DNA of 64,000 bases from Ylistrum balloti (lineage: Eukaryota). The stretch is from NCBI RefSeq assembly GCF_031769215.1, contig NW_026782366.1:186001-250000 (forward strand), given 5' to 3'. The position numbers and the translations under genes are program-made. Of the stretch, positions 22,599 through 48,399 are shown piece by piece. Numbering within the stretch: position 1 is the first letter of the stretch; each line of letters opens with the position of its first letter. The notes below the pieces were generated by a model. That model was given only the letters and a program-made list of their open reading frames with translations. It had not been told where the DNA came from and made no database searches.

Positions 22599-25500
22599 AG
22601 TTTTTGTTTTTCATTTTTTTCCTTATCTAGATATTGGAATTGTGATTTGCACATATTCCCAACATTTCCAGAAATTGTACCGGTGCAATTATCTTTTAAA
22701 TAATTTTTTGAATTATGATTGATAAGATTCCATATTTCATAGTGATATTACAAAGCTGATCTTTGTGATTTAATTTGAGACACTTCAAGTAACATGCTTT
22801 TGATACTTAGAAAATATTCAAGAAAACCTAAGTAATTACTAATATTTCTCTTCACATACATCTTCATATGCTATAAATATGCACTTAAGTACTGATGTAA
22901 TACTCAATATACCAACAGTAAATACATTCAAGAATGCCTTTTTTAAAAAAAGATTGAAAATAAAATTCAAATAGTTTTAATAGTTCTAGTCAGAGTGATA
23001 CCCTTGTACACTGTTAAAACAAAAGCAGATATGCTCCAGACTCTTGCTTTTCACTAAATTTTAGGAATTCTTACTATTCAAGTTCACTACTTTTTAAATA
23101 TATTCCAGATAATTGTCATTTCACCACATTCAGTAAATGTCCTAAACACTGGATGCTGTCAATACATGTTAACACATCCCCTGGCCCAAACAGACTTTAA
23201 GAGAACAGAATTACAGCAGATTTGGTGAATTAAGGGAACAGAATTACTATAGATACCTTTATCTTGATCTTTTCATTCTTACCTTTCATTTTTGATAGAC
23301 CAAAATCTTACAAAGTGTGAAAGTGTTAATCTGTCAAAGGCTTCATGAAATATCATTGGCACAGACAGATAAAAGGTGAATACTATTTAACAAATTGATG
23401 CCATGAGCTGGATGCAAAGTTCAAGTTTTTTAATTTGTTGCAATTGGTTTTTTCAATAATGCTGATCCTATGATCAAATCAGAGAGATGTGTATTGTATT
23501 CACTATTCTTTCAGGACGTTTAATTATATTAACATTCAATTTTAAAGAGATATTCCACACAAGTTAGGATTTCCTAGGATAGTTTTGAAGAAAACTGTAC
23601 AAAATCATCTATTTATGGAAATTGTAAACCTCAATTTATGATTTAAACATAATTTGCTGAAATTCTGTATTGATCTAGCTAGATCCATTTACAAATGTTC
23701 GTGCTGCCCCGATTGCATTGTTCTGCAAAGTATGTTTGTGTAAATCCTAAAATATATCGATAGAAAATAAGCCTTAGTAACAAAATTGTAATCCCTGCAG
23801 AATTATTTTAATTACACACCCGTGTATTTATCCAATACTCTGAATAAAATTTATATCTATTGACCTTCAGTTCCACATTTCCGCATGCACTATATTACAG
23901 AAATTTGGCTGAAAGTATTCCTACCAATTTCGCCAGTCCAAACTGACTAAAGTCATTAGAAGAAGTTTTTTAAAGGTACAAAACAGCCGAAATTTTGCAA
24001 CTTGGACAGAATATCCCTTTAAAAGATGCCAATAAATTTCAACTTACTTGATGCGCAGGTTCAGTTTGAAACCAAACAGGTTTACTTCGCAATTAATACA
24101 TTTTAAAAAAAACAACAAAAACTTCAAGCTGAGATAAATCCAATCAGTAGTTTATTTGCGAGAAATACAGCTAGATTCATGTCACTCTGGACTTTCTGAT
24201 TTAAAACTGACAGTATTGTACTCTATTCAACAATCACAGTCCATTGTTTGTAACACCAGAAAGAAGGCATCTCCTTTCCACCTGTACATGTCAGCTATTT
24301 ACTTCGGTGTTTTTCTGTATTCATCAATCACAGACATTGGTTTACAACATCAGACTGAAGGCATTTCCTTTCCACCTTACCGAAGACAGCATATCCTTGT
24401 CTTACCACCTCCTACAATGCAGAGTGTATACAAAAGCTATTAGTTTCTCATTAAAAAGTATACAATGTGCTTGGAAAGAATCAACAAAACAGCATAATCA
24501 TAAAGCTGGGTGAAAACTCTCAAAAAACAATTTCTTTTGACCAAATTAATATAACCTTTGGGATAGACCCCCCCCCCACCCCCCATCACTCCAAGGTTAA
24601 GTTTACTGCCTATGACTTAGAAGCTAATTGTTGATTAACTCTACCAAACCTGTGGTAATGGGGTGGGATATATATTTTCAAGGAATACAACAGCCTTTAT
24701 CCATCAAAACATACCCACATCCGTCTATAAGTAGATGACTTACATGGTAAATAAATCAAGTATCTAATGTGATCTGCTGACATAGCTAGAGCAACACCAA
24801 AACATGACTCATAGAATACAAAGTCATCTGTAAAGATAAAACAGAAACAAATGTTAAAATTCTGGTTAAATGGACAGAAACACAACATGCAAAACCTAGA
24901 ATTTTATCTCCGTAAAATTCAGATTACATTCTAAATACACACTGGGAAGTCTGCATGAATTTTTGTCATTAAGACATAGAAGGTGGTGACAGTTTAATAT
25001 ATGAAGATCGATGTCATATTTTTATAAAGGCAAAATACTGATATTAAAATGAATGGTGTCTGATCCATTTTCTTTGTAATTTACACAAGAATACTCACAA
25101 CTTCACACTTTGATAGTATACTGTAGACAGTCCTGGCTTTCTCCACTTAATAGCGTAGTAGAGAGCTATCCACTAGGTTTGGTAACCAGCTGTGCACCAG
25201 GTAATTCACATCAAAGTCCAAGCCTGTGTCTTCCACAGAACTCTTGTGGTTTGAATTTCCATTCTATAATAAAGCATGACTTTCAAGTAAATCACAAGGA
25301 ATGGAAAATCTCAGTTCCATTAGTATACACATCTGGTTCAGATTCTAATGATTAATTTCTCATTTTCCATTGAAGTCAAGACATTACTGTAATTTTGTGA
25401 AATAAACAGTTGCATTACAGGCATCAATGTTTGAAGACGTACGATTCCTAATGAAATAATACTTTTTTAACAACTGTATTGTAAGTTAGCTTTGAACAAA

Positions 25501-28339
25501 TATAACATCCTTCAAAACATATCATCATTAATAATTGTCGCTATTTTAAAGAGAATAAAATTTCTGCTACTAAATATTATCGTTTTATTTTATATTCAGC
25601 ATCCTACTGAATGTAATGAATCCATCAGTCACATGTACATTTTGTCGTGTGGTCAGAGTAGTTTGCTTTTTACTAGGTTGCCAAAATTTTTTCATGATTA
25701 CTTCAGGAATATTTTTGTACATATTAACTCCCCTTTTCTGCCCTTCAAATATTTTAGTGATGACCCCATTTTCTCCCCCACAATACAAACAAAGTAACTT
25801 AAACAAGACCTACCTTACCTTACATATGGAGCATGGAGTTCTAAGCTACCTACCAAGATGTGGCCATTATAGATCTTCGTAGTAACCTGCCAGTATCCTC
25901 TATGTATCGTCATATTCAATACTGCTATACACAAGATCTGTAGTGTTATTCCCAGTAACGATGTTACCCTCACAGTACCAGAAGCCTATGTATCCTCATA
26001 CATTGACATACATTACATCAATATGAACATTTATCAAGACATTATCCCCAGTATGATTTAATCTACACATGCAAGCTACATATATGTCCATTCATCAATC
26101 AGAAAATCACCTTTACAATATCAAGGCATTGTTCTAAAGGACATACTATTATAAGATAACTTAAATAGCCCTAGTTTCCATCCCCAAACTTTTATCATCA
26201 TTTGAACAAAACTGCGTAATTATGATATCGACAAGTTAAAGATGGTCCAGAAGTTACTTCAATGTTTTTATTTTTCTAACTTCAATTTCAAAATTTGACT
26301 GAATTCATTAGTGACAGTAGTTAAATACCCATAACATGTACCACATAATAAAACATCCTCACAAGCCTCTTTTTTTTTAATTTATTAGTTTAAACATTAT
26401 GCACTGAAGAAAATTAATCTGCTAGGTGCAACTATAAATTTTGTATATTGTACTGTCATAGAACGAAAGCACTTGATATTCCAAAGGAAATGACACTTAA
26501 CCCACCCAAGACATCCAACAAAACATCTATACCATTATGTCTTGAAATTCGATTTTGTAGCATGAAGAAAGACAGAAAGGTTGAAGAGATTACAAATTAA
26601 AATAAAATCAAATCTTCAAAGAAATCCAACTAAAAAAATATGTTATAATGAGTCTGATGAAGACCGCTTTAGCTTATTTATCCAAGCCCATCCCAGTCCG
26701 TCATGACTGTATATCACATAAATAACATCACACAAGGGGAAGGTACTACATGAACTTTCAAAAGAAATCTGAATATTGTGAAAAAGATTGTAATATGCTT
26801 GTTTGCTCACAAATAACAATTATTTCAGACACACAAATGCCAAAAACACACGATTTATGTTTACAAAAGAATAAGAACTTTTGAAACTAATTGAACAGGA
26901 GTCAGCAAACAACATGTGATTAACCATTTTTTAATACTTATGAAAGTCCAGGTTGGGAATACATCCAAGAATAATCTATGGGCATAAAGCAAATTTGCCA
27001 AATTTGCAAGGTAATTGTTCTTTTCAAATAATAAATTGCCTAGAATGACAGGCCATGATAATGTCACCACACAAAATATTCTGTTTCAATCCCAATTGTG
27101 GTATATTAGCAATTTTGGCACTAGGAGCTCTAGCCCTGAGACACTTGCTAGTAAGATATAGTACAGAATTGATATGAAGAACAAGAACTAACGAATATCC
27201 TAAACATTTTATTCCTCGATCTTTCCTGCTAGAGGAGCCATTACATTAAAACGACAACACGCATTTATGATAAAATAATGGTACAACATAGACAATGGGA
27301 AAAATATATATAAAAAGTAGAGATTTTATTCCTCTACAAGAATGAAATACACTGACGAAGAATTAATTGAGTGAAGAGCAGGTGTAATCCTCAGCCTGGT
27401 CTATTTAAAAGCAGTTTTATTTTCTGATGGATAACACAATTATCAGCTTACAGCAGGGACTCCACAGTAGAAACACAAGTAATCCTGGGTTCAATCCATA
27501 AGTAGTCTGTGTGATATGGAGCTCTACCTTAAGGTAACTCTATGACCGTGGGACACTTCTGTTCATAGCTTCATAGCGATTTGAATGGGTCACTACAGCA
27601 CTAAGCTGTTCAGGGTTTGTAACAATACAGCTTCATACACATCATAGGATTGATATGGCAGACATGGTCCTATGCTAGGGGATGCTGCTCACAGGGCCAT
27701 ACAAATCCATTTAAGTTTATGCCTCACTGATATTAATTGAGGGTAATAATGTGTAAACTAGTCCACTATATGTTAAGACCCGAAGTAGGCGGTTACTTAT
27801 GTACATCCAGTAGTTGGCACAATGCTGTAGTGAGCTGACCATAACCTACTACTTTAGGCTAGCTCTAAGCTATGTATGATTTCCTGAGAATCTGCCTGCC
27901 TGTATTACTTCTGCTGGTACTATTGCTTTCTCTATAACTGCCTAAATGTAATCAACAAGAAAAACAGAGTAATAAAGTAAATGTGATCCAATACACATAC
28001 AATACCATTCAGTGATTTTTAAACACACCCTATCGTCTTGGTATGTTTCCCTTTTACTAAGAGAATACAGAGTAACATCCCATCATAATAGCATTTAAAG
28101 CAAATCAAATATCCCCGAGTCTTTTTGTTCTGATAGAGAAACACCCAATTTATTTAACCTTTCCATATTGAAAATATTCATTAGAGTAACATTAAAGAAT
28201 GTAACTTGAGAAACCTACATTGATGGCACTTTGACCTGTAATGGTTGAAGTAGATAGTCCCTGTTGTAGCATAACCCGTGTCTACCTATTATCCAGCACT
28301 TACCTGAGGAGTACACCTGTTGATGATTTCTGGATGACT

Positions 28340-34897
<6,558 letters not shown>

Positions 34898-35869
34898 TTT
34901 GTGACTTTTTGGGTGGGGTTTCTCTCCTCACGATATTAAAACTGAAATAAAACATCACTTAATTAAAAACCAGTTATTTTCAGATTAAGTCTTTCAATAC
35001 CTAATGATGTATCTCAATTACAAAAGAATTAATCCCTTTTGGTATTCCCTCTCAAGACTCACTTACTCCTGTCCTGATGTCTTGCACGAAAAATATGATT
35101 GCATGTGTTTCCATACAAGGAAATGCTACCTAAGACACTTTTCTTTTCAGAAATGCAACAACTCTCATGACACAAGCTATATATCCATTTTTACAAGACA
35201 TGTTCTGTCAGCCCCCTGCACTTAACAAAGCATTTTGAATCATTCGCGAACGATGTCATATATCAAGATTTTCTACACATTTAGTGGTTATAGCCTGTTG
35301 TAATATCATTTTAAAGTCGGCGTGGCTATATTGTCCGGGTAGAAAACTTGTTACAGCTGCATTGACTTTAAAGGAAACTGCAACAACTTTTAAAAGGTTT
35401 GGACACAATCAGTAGATGTGCTGAATAGATAACCTGTTAGTGATGAGAAAAGAGGGTATAATAAAGAGGTGTACAAAATTAAAGTATAATATGTACCTTG
35501 ATTAAAGATTTTAATGAAGCAAGGATAATACCTGTACTACTTGTAATTTCATGGTGGTACTCAAGGCAGGTTACCAGACAATGTTGAAACGGGCCATTGC
35601 TACTAAATGAGTAGAAAGCCTTGATCATGTGACATAGTTTGTGTTTCAAAATGGCTGGTCAACCAAAAATTGACTGACAGAACATTTTTTTGTAAAACAT
35701 GATAATTCTGCATAATAGCTAGTGTCATGAGAATTGTTGCAATATGAATTAATCCCAAGGATGAATCTGAAAAGGGATTAAAAAAGGATGTGAAATTCCT
35801 CCTGATTGCATTAGAGGTAATAAAAACCAGAAACAAATCAATAATACAAGGGGTTTTCACAGAATTTTT

Positions 35870-37600
35870 ACATTATCGATTCGTTTAAGATTTCACTTAC
35901 TTCCAATGCAATCACAACTCAACTAATTATTGTCTTTCTCAGCGTTGCCTATGCTAGAAGCACTGTACAACTTCCATACAGCAAGACTGCGTAGCCGTCT
36001 TGAAGACAGCCTTGTCCAAGTTTGGATGCAAAAATTCCATGAATGAAGACATTAATCTTGGCTGACTGTGAGTAATAAATAAATTTTAAATACATGACAG
36101 ATAGGCCTGTAGCGAGAACATTTCGCGTTTTTTTTTTTTTTTTTTAGAAAGAACGGGGTTTCCCCCGAGTGGGTAGGCCGTGACCTAGATAATTTTATCG
36201 AGAAGTTTATAAAATGTTATTGTGTGGTTTGTTGTTTTTAAGTACCGTTGAAATTGAGCCAATAGGTACATGTGGTAATGTTCTGATGTTCCACTGTTGT
36301 TTTTTCTTTCATCAGAACTCGTACCATGTAAAAACTAAGGAAAATTAGCAACGTACTCGTAATTCTGGTTCGGAATTTCTTGTCGAACACGCGTAATATT
36401 TCCGGAACTATGTGCATGGATCGACCATGATTAAGGCTTAAAACTAACTATTTTCTGCAACTTAAGTTTCGAATAATATCCATTAAGCAATGAGTTGTTC
36501 AGTGCATTGAACAGACCAATTTTAAGCGAGAAGTGGAAAATTGTGCAAACGCACTGTTCGTAAATTAAAGATGGCGTCCAATGGAATGACAAATACTGCC
36601 CTTGAAGGCACCTATTTTATCAATAATTTGCAGTAGCAACAATTGCAATCACATTAAAATAATTTTCTTCACAAACTTTTACATTGCTTAAAGCTTCCTC
36701 TTCACTCATTTACGTTATTTTCTCTCTATCTACAAACGGATATGCATTGTTTTGAACTTATCACCGTACCCTTTCTTCTTACTGTAATACAGCTGCTTGA
36801 AAAGAAATATCACGTGACTTCAATTAATATCGGTTTAATGTCAAATTAATAAACGATAACTGATAACTTCAACAAATGTATTATTTTTCACATTGAAATA
36901 TATCATAATTCTATTAATCGATTTGATGGTCCGACAAAATAATCAATTAACACCTCCGATAAATGCCGGAATCTTTCCCGCGTAGACCTCGTTCCGGGAA
37001 CACATCTTCGCACATGCGTAGTTGCAGAGCATCCATATTTCCCGGCACTTTGTTGTGCAGACTCAGAGGTAAATGTGTAGGTCCAAAAGGCTATAGATAT
37101 TCAAATTTATCTTTGTTTTGTAACTTACAAAAGTAAAACTGCAACGTTCACTTTCAAGTGTAAGGCGAAGTTTGCACTGAATAATGATAACATTATAGAA
37201 AGATGTAATTGTAATCGTGCTCGATGTCAAAATGGCGCCTTCAATAACAATGAGGGATATTGCGGTATCTTCTAATATATTCACTTGAACCATTGTTTGT
37301 GCACGTGATTTAGGAATTACGATATTATAAACTTACCCTTTTTGTTTGATGTGGTAAATGTTCCAAGTACAGCTGTATATATTCGCATATTTTCACTCAA
37401 GTTAGTGATCTTTAGTATTTATCGGAGTACCACTTTCAAGCGCTGTCGGTCTAATGTTCATTGTTAAAAACATTTGACGTGAAGTTTCTTCTTGCGTGAT
37501 TTGTTGATCAGATGTTTTTTGTCTGTAATGTGTTAACTTTGGATAATCTAGATCGCTTTTATCTTATTCATTATATAGTTTCCATACTTTGCAAATTGTA
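35870..37600. promoter_or_regulatory. CpG-retaining shared (bidirectional) promoter region between hnRNPA and CBX/HP1
   Basis: CpGs are visibly dense compared with both gene bodies. Motifs: YY1-like AAGATGGCG at 36568 and AAAATGGCG at 37229, E2F-like TTTCCCGC 36974-36981, Ets-like CCGGAA at about 36402 and 36966. Candidate first-exon donors lie on both strands (37069 plus, 37336 minus). Confidence 0.65.
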
Positions 37601-37614
37601 ATCCTATACCCGCA

Positions 37615-37910
37615 TTTTGCAGACAATTTGCCTTTTATTTAGACCCGTGCGAAATGACCATAACACGATTGTGTTATAAAAATCTTTATAATCATCAGAA
37701 GTTGGAGTATTATTGGCAAAGAGCTTTATTGCATTCTATGGCTCAACCATCAAATCTCTCTACTCCATGCATGGGCAAAGACTACAGGTAGTATTGTCTT
37801 CACTCAAATACTTGGGGATCACTCTTTAAAAATCTTTATAGATGTTTCCATCATTGCTGCAAAAGCAAATTGGACACTTGGTTTTATAAACAACACTGCT
37901 GCAAGGCTGA
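37615..37910 (+). mobile_element. Degenerate CR1/L2-like LINE reverse-transcriptase fragment
   Basis: FADN (FADD-like), YSMHGQRLQVVLSSLKYLGITL*, IIAAKANWTLGFI (KANRTLGFL-like). Confidence 0.7.
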
Positions 37911-38249
37911 ACTAGAAAGATAAAATCTTTTGTGTATTGACTTGTGCAGCTGAAACTTGTCTTTGCCATGGTAGGTACACTCCACTGGAAATTGTTGGGA
38001 CATCATCAGATAAATTTCAAATTCATCACCATGTCCAAATCCAAACTCGGTCCATTACGTTTAATCACATAAACAGGGAATATGAAAGCAAAACTTAGAT
38101 TTATTGAGTCATGAATATATATGCTGGCTACTGAATTTTTGAAGTATTGCACAAGTTTGGCAATTATCAGGCAATGGGTCAAGTAACTTGCCCATCTTCA
38201 TTGTTAAGTTTAAATGTAAAATTTGCAATGTTTTATCTCTGTAAATCAG

Positions 38250-44472
<6,223 letters not shown>

Positions 44473-46746
44473 ACTTTGGGTGATTAGGGGGTGGGGAGGG
44501 GAGGGGAGGGGACAGGAAGTTTGTATAACCTAGCCAGGTGGGAATCGCCTTTGCATGACTTATGCTGTTGAAAAACTAATTATTTAGAAAGTAGTACAGT
44601 GATCAAGCTGTTTAAATCTTCATTTTTCCTTTTTTTTTTTCTCCCCCTTTCAGATTTAGATAATGGGTAAGAAGTATTTTTATAATGAGTCTGAAACATG
44701 TTAACAAATAAGAAATGAAAATTTTGATATCAGTTATGTGATACCAGATTTCTCAAAAACAACTTTTTCCCTGTACATTTATATAGTTTTTGGTGACCAC
44801 CCTATGCAGAGAATACCCACCAGGCTTGGTTGTAGTTCTGGGATGGTTGAATCATTTTAGAACTTGTTTTGTAACATTTCATGCTGCATCACTTTCCTTT
44901 TTTTTATCATTAAATTGTCTGTTCATTAATTGTCAAGTTACTTACTTGCAAGGGACTTGTTTCATTTGTCAATTTAGATCAATGTCGGCCGAACATGTAA
45001 TGGATATTGTGTGTAGTCTTTACATATTCGATAAAATATTTCTTGACTGCCTGGCAGTGTTTAGATGCTGTAGTGAATTGGCCCTTCTTGCACTGCAGTG
45101 ATGTTGGTCTTTTGATAAGCCTCCAAGTTTGGGGATTTGACAAATAATTGTGTATTTACCAGCTTACCTCTCACATTTGTTTCATCTTAAGTCCAGTTGA
45201 TTGTTCTGTGCAAGAAGAGTCATTTGAATTGAACTCTTTGCTCTTTTCATTTGTAAATGCATTTTTTGCATTACAGTTTTGAGCAAATTGTTCATTTTGA
45301 AAAAATGTTTATGATGTATAATTATTCAATCTTTAGCTATCAAGTGTGCTTGTAAAGTATCTTAACTTTTCATTTGTCATACAAAATCCATTTTTGATGG
45401 GATTTCAATTTATTTTTTCTTATTTTACATCATGAAACCTTCTAAAATAGCTTCTTTTGAATTTTTTGGGGGACATTTAAACTTGAAATTTTAGGAAATT
45501 GAAATTACAGTTGAATTATGTTAACACTGATGCTGCATCATTCTATAGAAATCACATTGGGCTATATGTAAAATGAAGAAATCTTTCTAAAGAACTGTTG
45601 CTGGCATTGAAAGCAATCATGTTTTGTGCCATAGTTGTATACATGTATATAGGAATTTATTTGATTTTCTGTTTTTATTTCATTTTTAGATCTGTATGAT
45701 GTCATTAAAAATGTGGAAAATTTCTTTTAGTTGTAAGGATTCATAAAGTGGAAAGTTAAATAAAACGTCATCTTAATTGTCAGATTGGTTCAGCATTCCA
45801 TGGGATTAATTATCTTGGAGGACTGACTGTGATTTAGGCATGATTCAGACAACTATTTTGATTGCAGAAAAAATAAGTTGCAAATCGTTCATTTGTCTTG
45901 CTTGGTACTTTGCAACTCTATGTTGTCATTTTTTCATGCTGGAAAATGTAAAGACCTTTGAAAATAAATGGCTGTATCATATGCAAGATTTTATTGGCAA
46001 AAATGTAATCCGGTTAATGCTCTTGGGTGTTGCAGCTTATGAAATAAACTTCATTTCACATAATATTTTGGATAATGTTTGAAGTTATTTTATGATTTAT
46101 TTGACACACAATGTTGATTGTTGGCGCAAAGTAGTATGAAGGTATGAAAAAATGTCCTTTATAATGTAAAGACATGGAAATATGCATTCAGATGTGTTGT
46201 CTTTATGTACATTGACTATATCAAAATAGCTGTAGTGAATTAACAGTGGTAATGTCCATTTATTGTATTGAGAATCTTTTGATAGTCATCTTACCATCCT
46301 TTACGTATAATTAAATTGAAGATACACAAGTTGGGCTTTCAAAGCCAGATTATTAGTACCCAAGTTTTGTCCTTTTTTTTTTCTTTTTTTTTTTAAGAGG
46401 AGGTGTGCTTGGCCATGTGGCATAGATTTTCTCATTTGCACCATCATGATCAATTTTGCTCGAAGGTAGATCAGTTTCTGGTCAAACTTCACAACTGATT
46501 TTAAAAAAGGAGGGAAAAAAAGCATAAAAACACCAAAGTTAGCAATCCATGTGTCCAAGCTTTTGAGCTGTAGCATTGTATTCAAATAGTGTACTATAAA
46601 GTTTGTGTGGAGAGATGTCTGATTTTCAAAAAGCACATTGTATAAATCATCAAGTAAGGTTTGGGCAGCTGAATCAAGCATTTTGTTCAAACAAGAACGG
46701 AACTCAATTTCATGTGATGTAGTAGTCATTTTATTGATGTTTTTTG

Positions 46747-46752
46747 AATAAA
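46747..46752 (+). terminator. Candidate distal poly(A) signal of CBX (3' UTR about 2.3 kb)
   Basis: AATAAA followed about 20 nt later by a GU-rich tract (gtttcttttgtctgatttcctgttttgtg). Other AATAAA hexamers occur at about 45759-46050. Confidence 0.45.
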
Positions 46753-48399
46753 AATGTCATGCGATACGAAGTTTCTTTTGTCTGATTTCCTGTTTTGTGA
46801 AAAAAAGGCACTTACGACAGTTCAGTGAACAATTGTTTTTTTTTCAATTGTCATATCCAAAATTAAAAGGAAATATATGTAACAACAACAACAAAAAAGA
46901 TTTTACTAGACACCAATTGTAATGCCAAAGTGTATTATTCTCTGCAAATGATGAGACCATATCGATTGTGATCATTAGCGTAGTAAAGCAGTATATGTTA
47001 GGAGAGATAACTCTTGAGTGACTATAAAGTATCTACTTCTGCTCTAAACAGCAGAAACCATTATCTGTATACTTCTAGAGATTTCTTGGGGTATTTTTGT
47101 ACACCCTGCCATTTTGATGGGTTTCGGGGACATTATCCACGTCTTTAGAATCTTTAGACAGGTTTTACTCCAGCAGTTATAAAGTTCTTAATTTCATTAT
47201 ATTAAAATTTAAGGATCAAAGGTTGCATTTGAAAAAAATAATGATGCTTGTATGCATAGCATTGATGTCTTTTAAATAGTTTCTCATTATTTGTAGGACC
47301 ATCAAAATATGTGATCATGAAATGAAAGAATTTTCAACATTTGTGTTTGCCAGAAAATAGGATTACCAGACATTTGATGTGAACACGTTCAAAAATTGAG
47401 CGCACCACATATTTGAGCATCCTGATTGACACATTGCCCTAATCACTGAACATTGATACTGGTCAAGTTCACTTTAAACACTGGTATTGTGCTGGTACCC
47501 TCCAATAAGTAAATGCAGATTCCATAACAAAATAAATAATAAAGACCTCTGTGACACCTACATGTCGGATACAATTGTATGTTGCCACACCTATTAGGGA
47601 AAAAAACAGTATTTTCCACATAAAATTTAAAAACAAATAGTATCTCATAATTTACTTTTGATTGTCCTCTTGTTTTTGGAACAATAGATGGTGCACTTGT
47701 CCAGTTATTGGAGTTATCATAATGTAAATTTTATTAAGTGAGACTGCTTAGGGCATTAAAATAGGAGGACTAAACATCCAAGGACAGAATTTATAGTCTA
47801 CTTTCTTGATGTTAACTTGTTAATTTAGTGTTCAAATATGGAAGCAGACATACATTTGATTAACTAATCTACTTATGAGCCAAATATTTAAAAGCAATAA
47901 GATGGAATCAGAAAGGTGACTTTTTGTGTTGTTTTGATAAAGTTATACATGAAGTTTATAACTTTAAGTGGTAGCACTTCAAAATCCAAAGACTGACACA
48001 TTAAAAAGTCTGTATAGGGATTTTAAGAAAATGCACCATATAACAATATTATCCTGTTCAGAATAGCGATGTAATAATATTGATATAAAATTCAGGTTAT
48101 CTGGGCACAATAACATGAAGTATGAAAATGAGTAAAACATGTAGAATTTGCAAACTGTCTTGTTTTAGAAGGAAAACCTTTTATTCTAACACATAGCTAT
48201 TTCAATGTATATCTACAATCTCAATCCAAGTTAACTTTTCTATTACTGCTCATTTATTATTACACAGTAACTGGAAGGCAAATACAACAAGCAAATAATG
48301 TACAATAACTTTTCTTTTTGGTACATTGCTAAGTACAGATTCAAACATTTAAAAATCGTCCAGTTGTATCCAATTAACACAAATTTGATGTTTTTGAAA

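Noticed and set aside
24231-24360. miR-2-family precursor or C/D snoRNA (ATCACAG seed-like; TGATGA..CTGA)
   Set aside because: The sequence after the seed does not resemble miR-2/13, the hairpin is only about 35 nt, and the C-to-D spacing is too short.
46301-46729. 142-aa minus-strand ORF
   Set aside because: Lies in the probable CBX 3'UTR, crosses T-runs, and has no recognisable motif or splice context.
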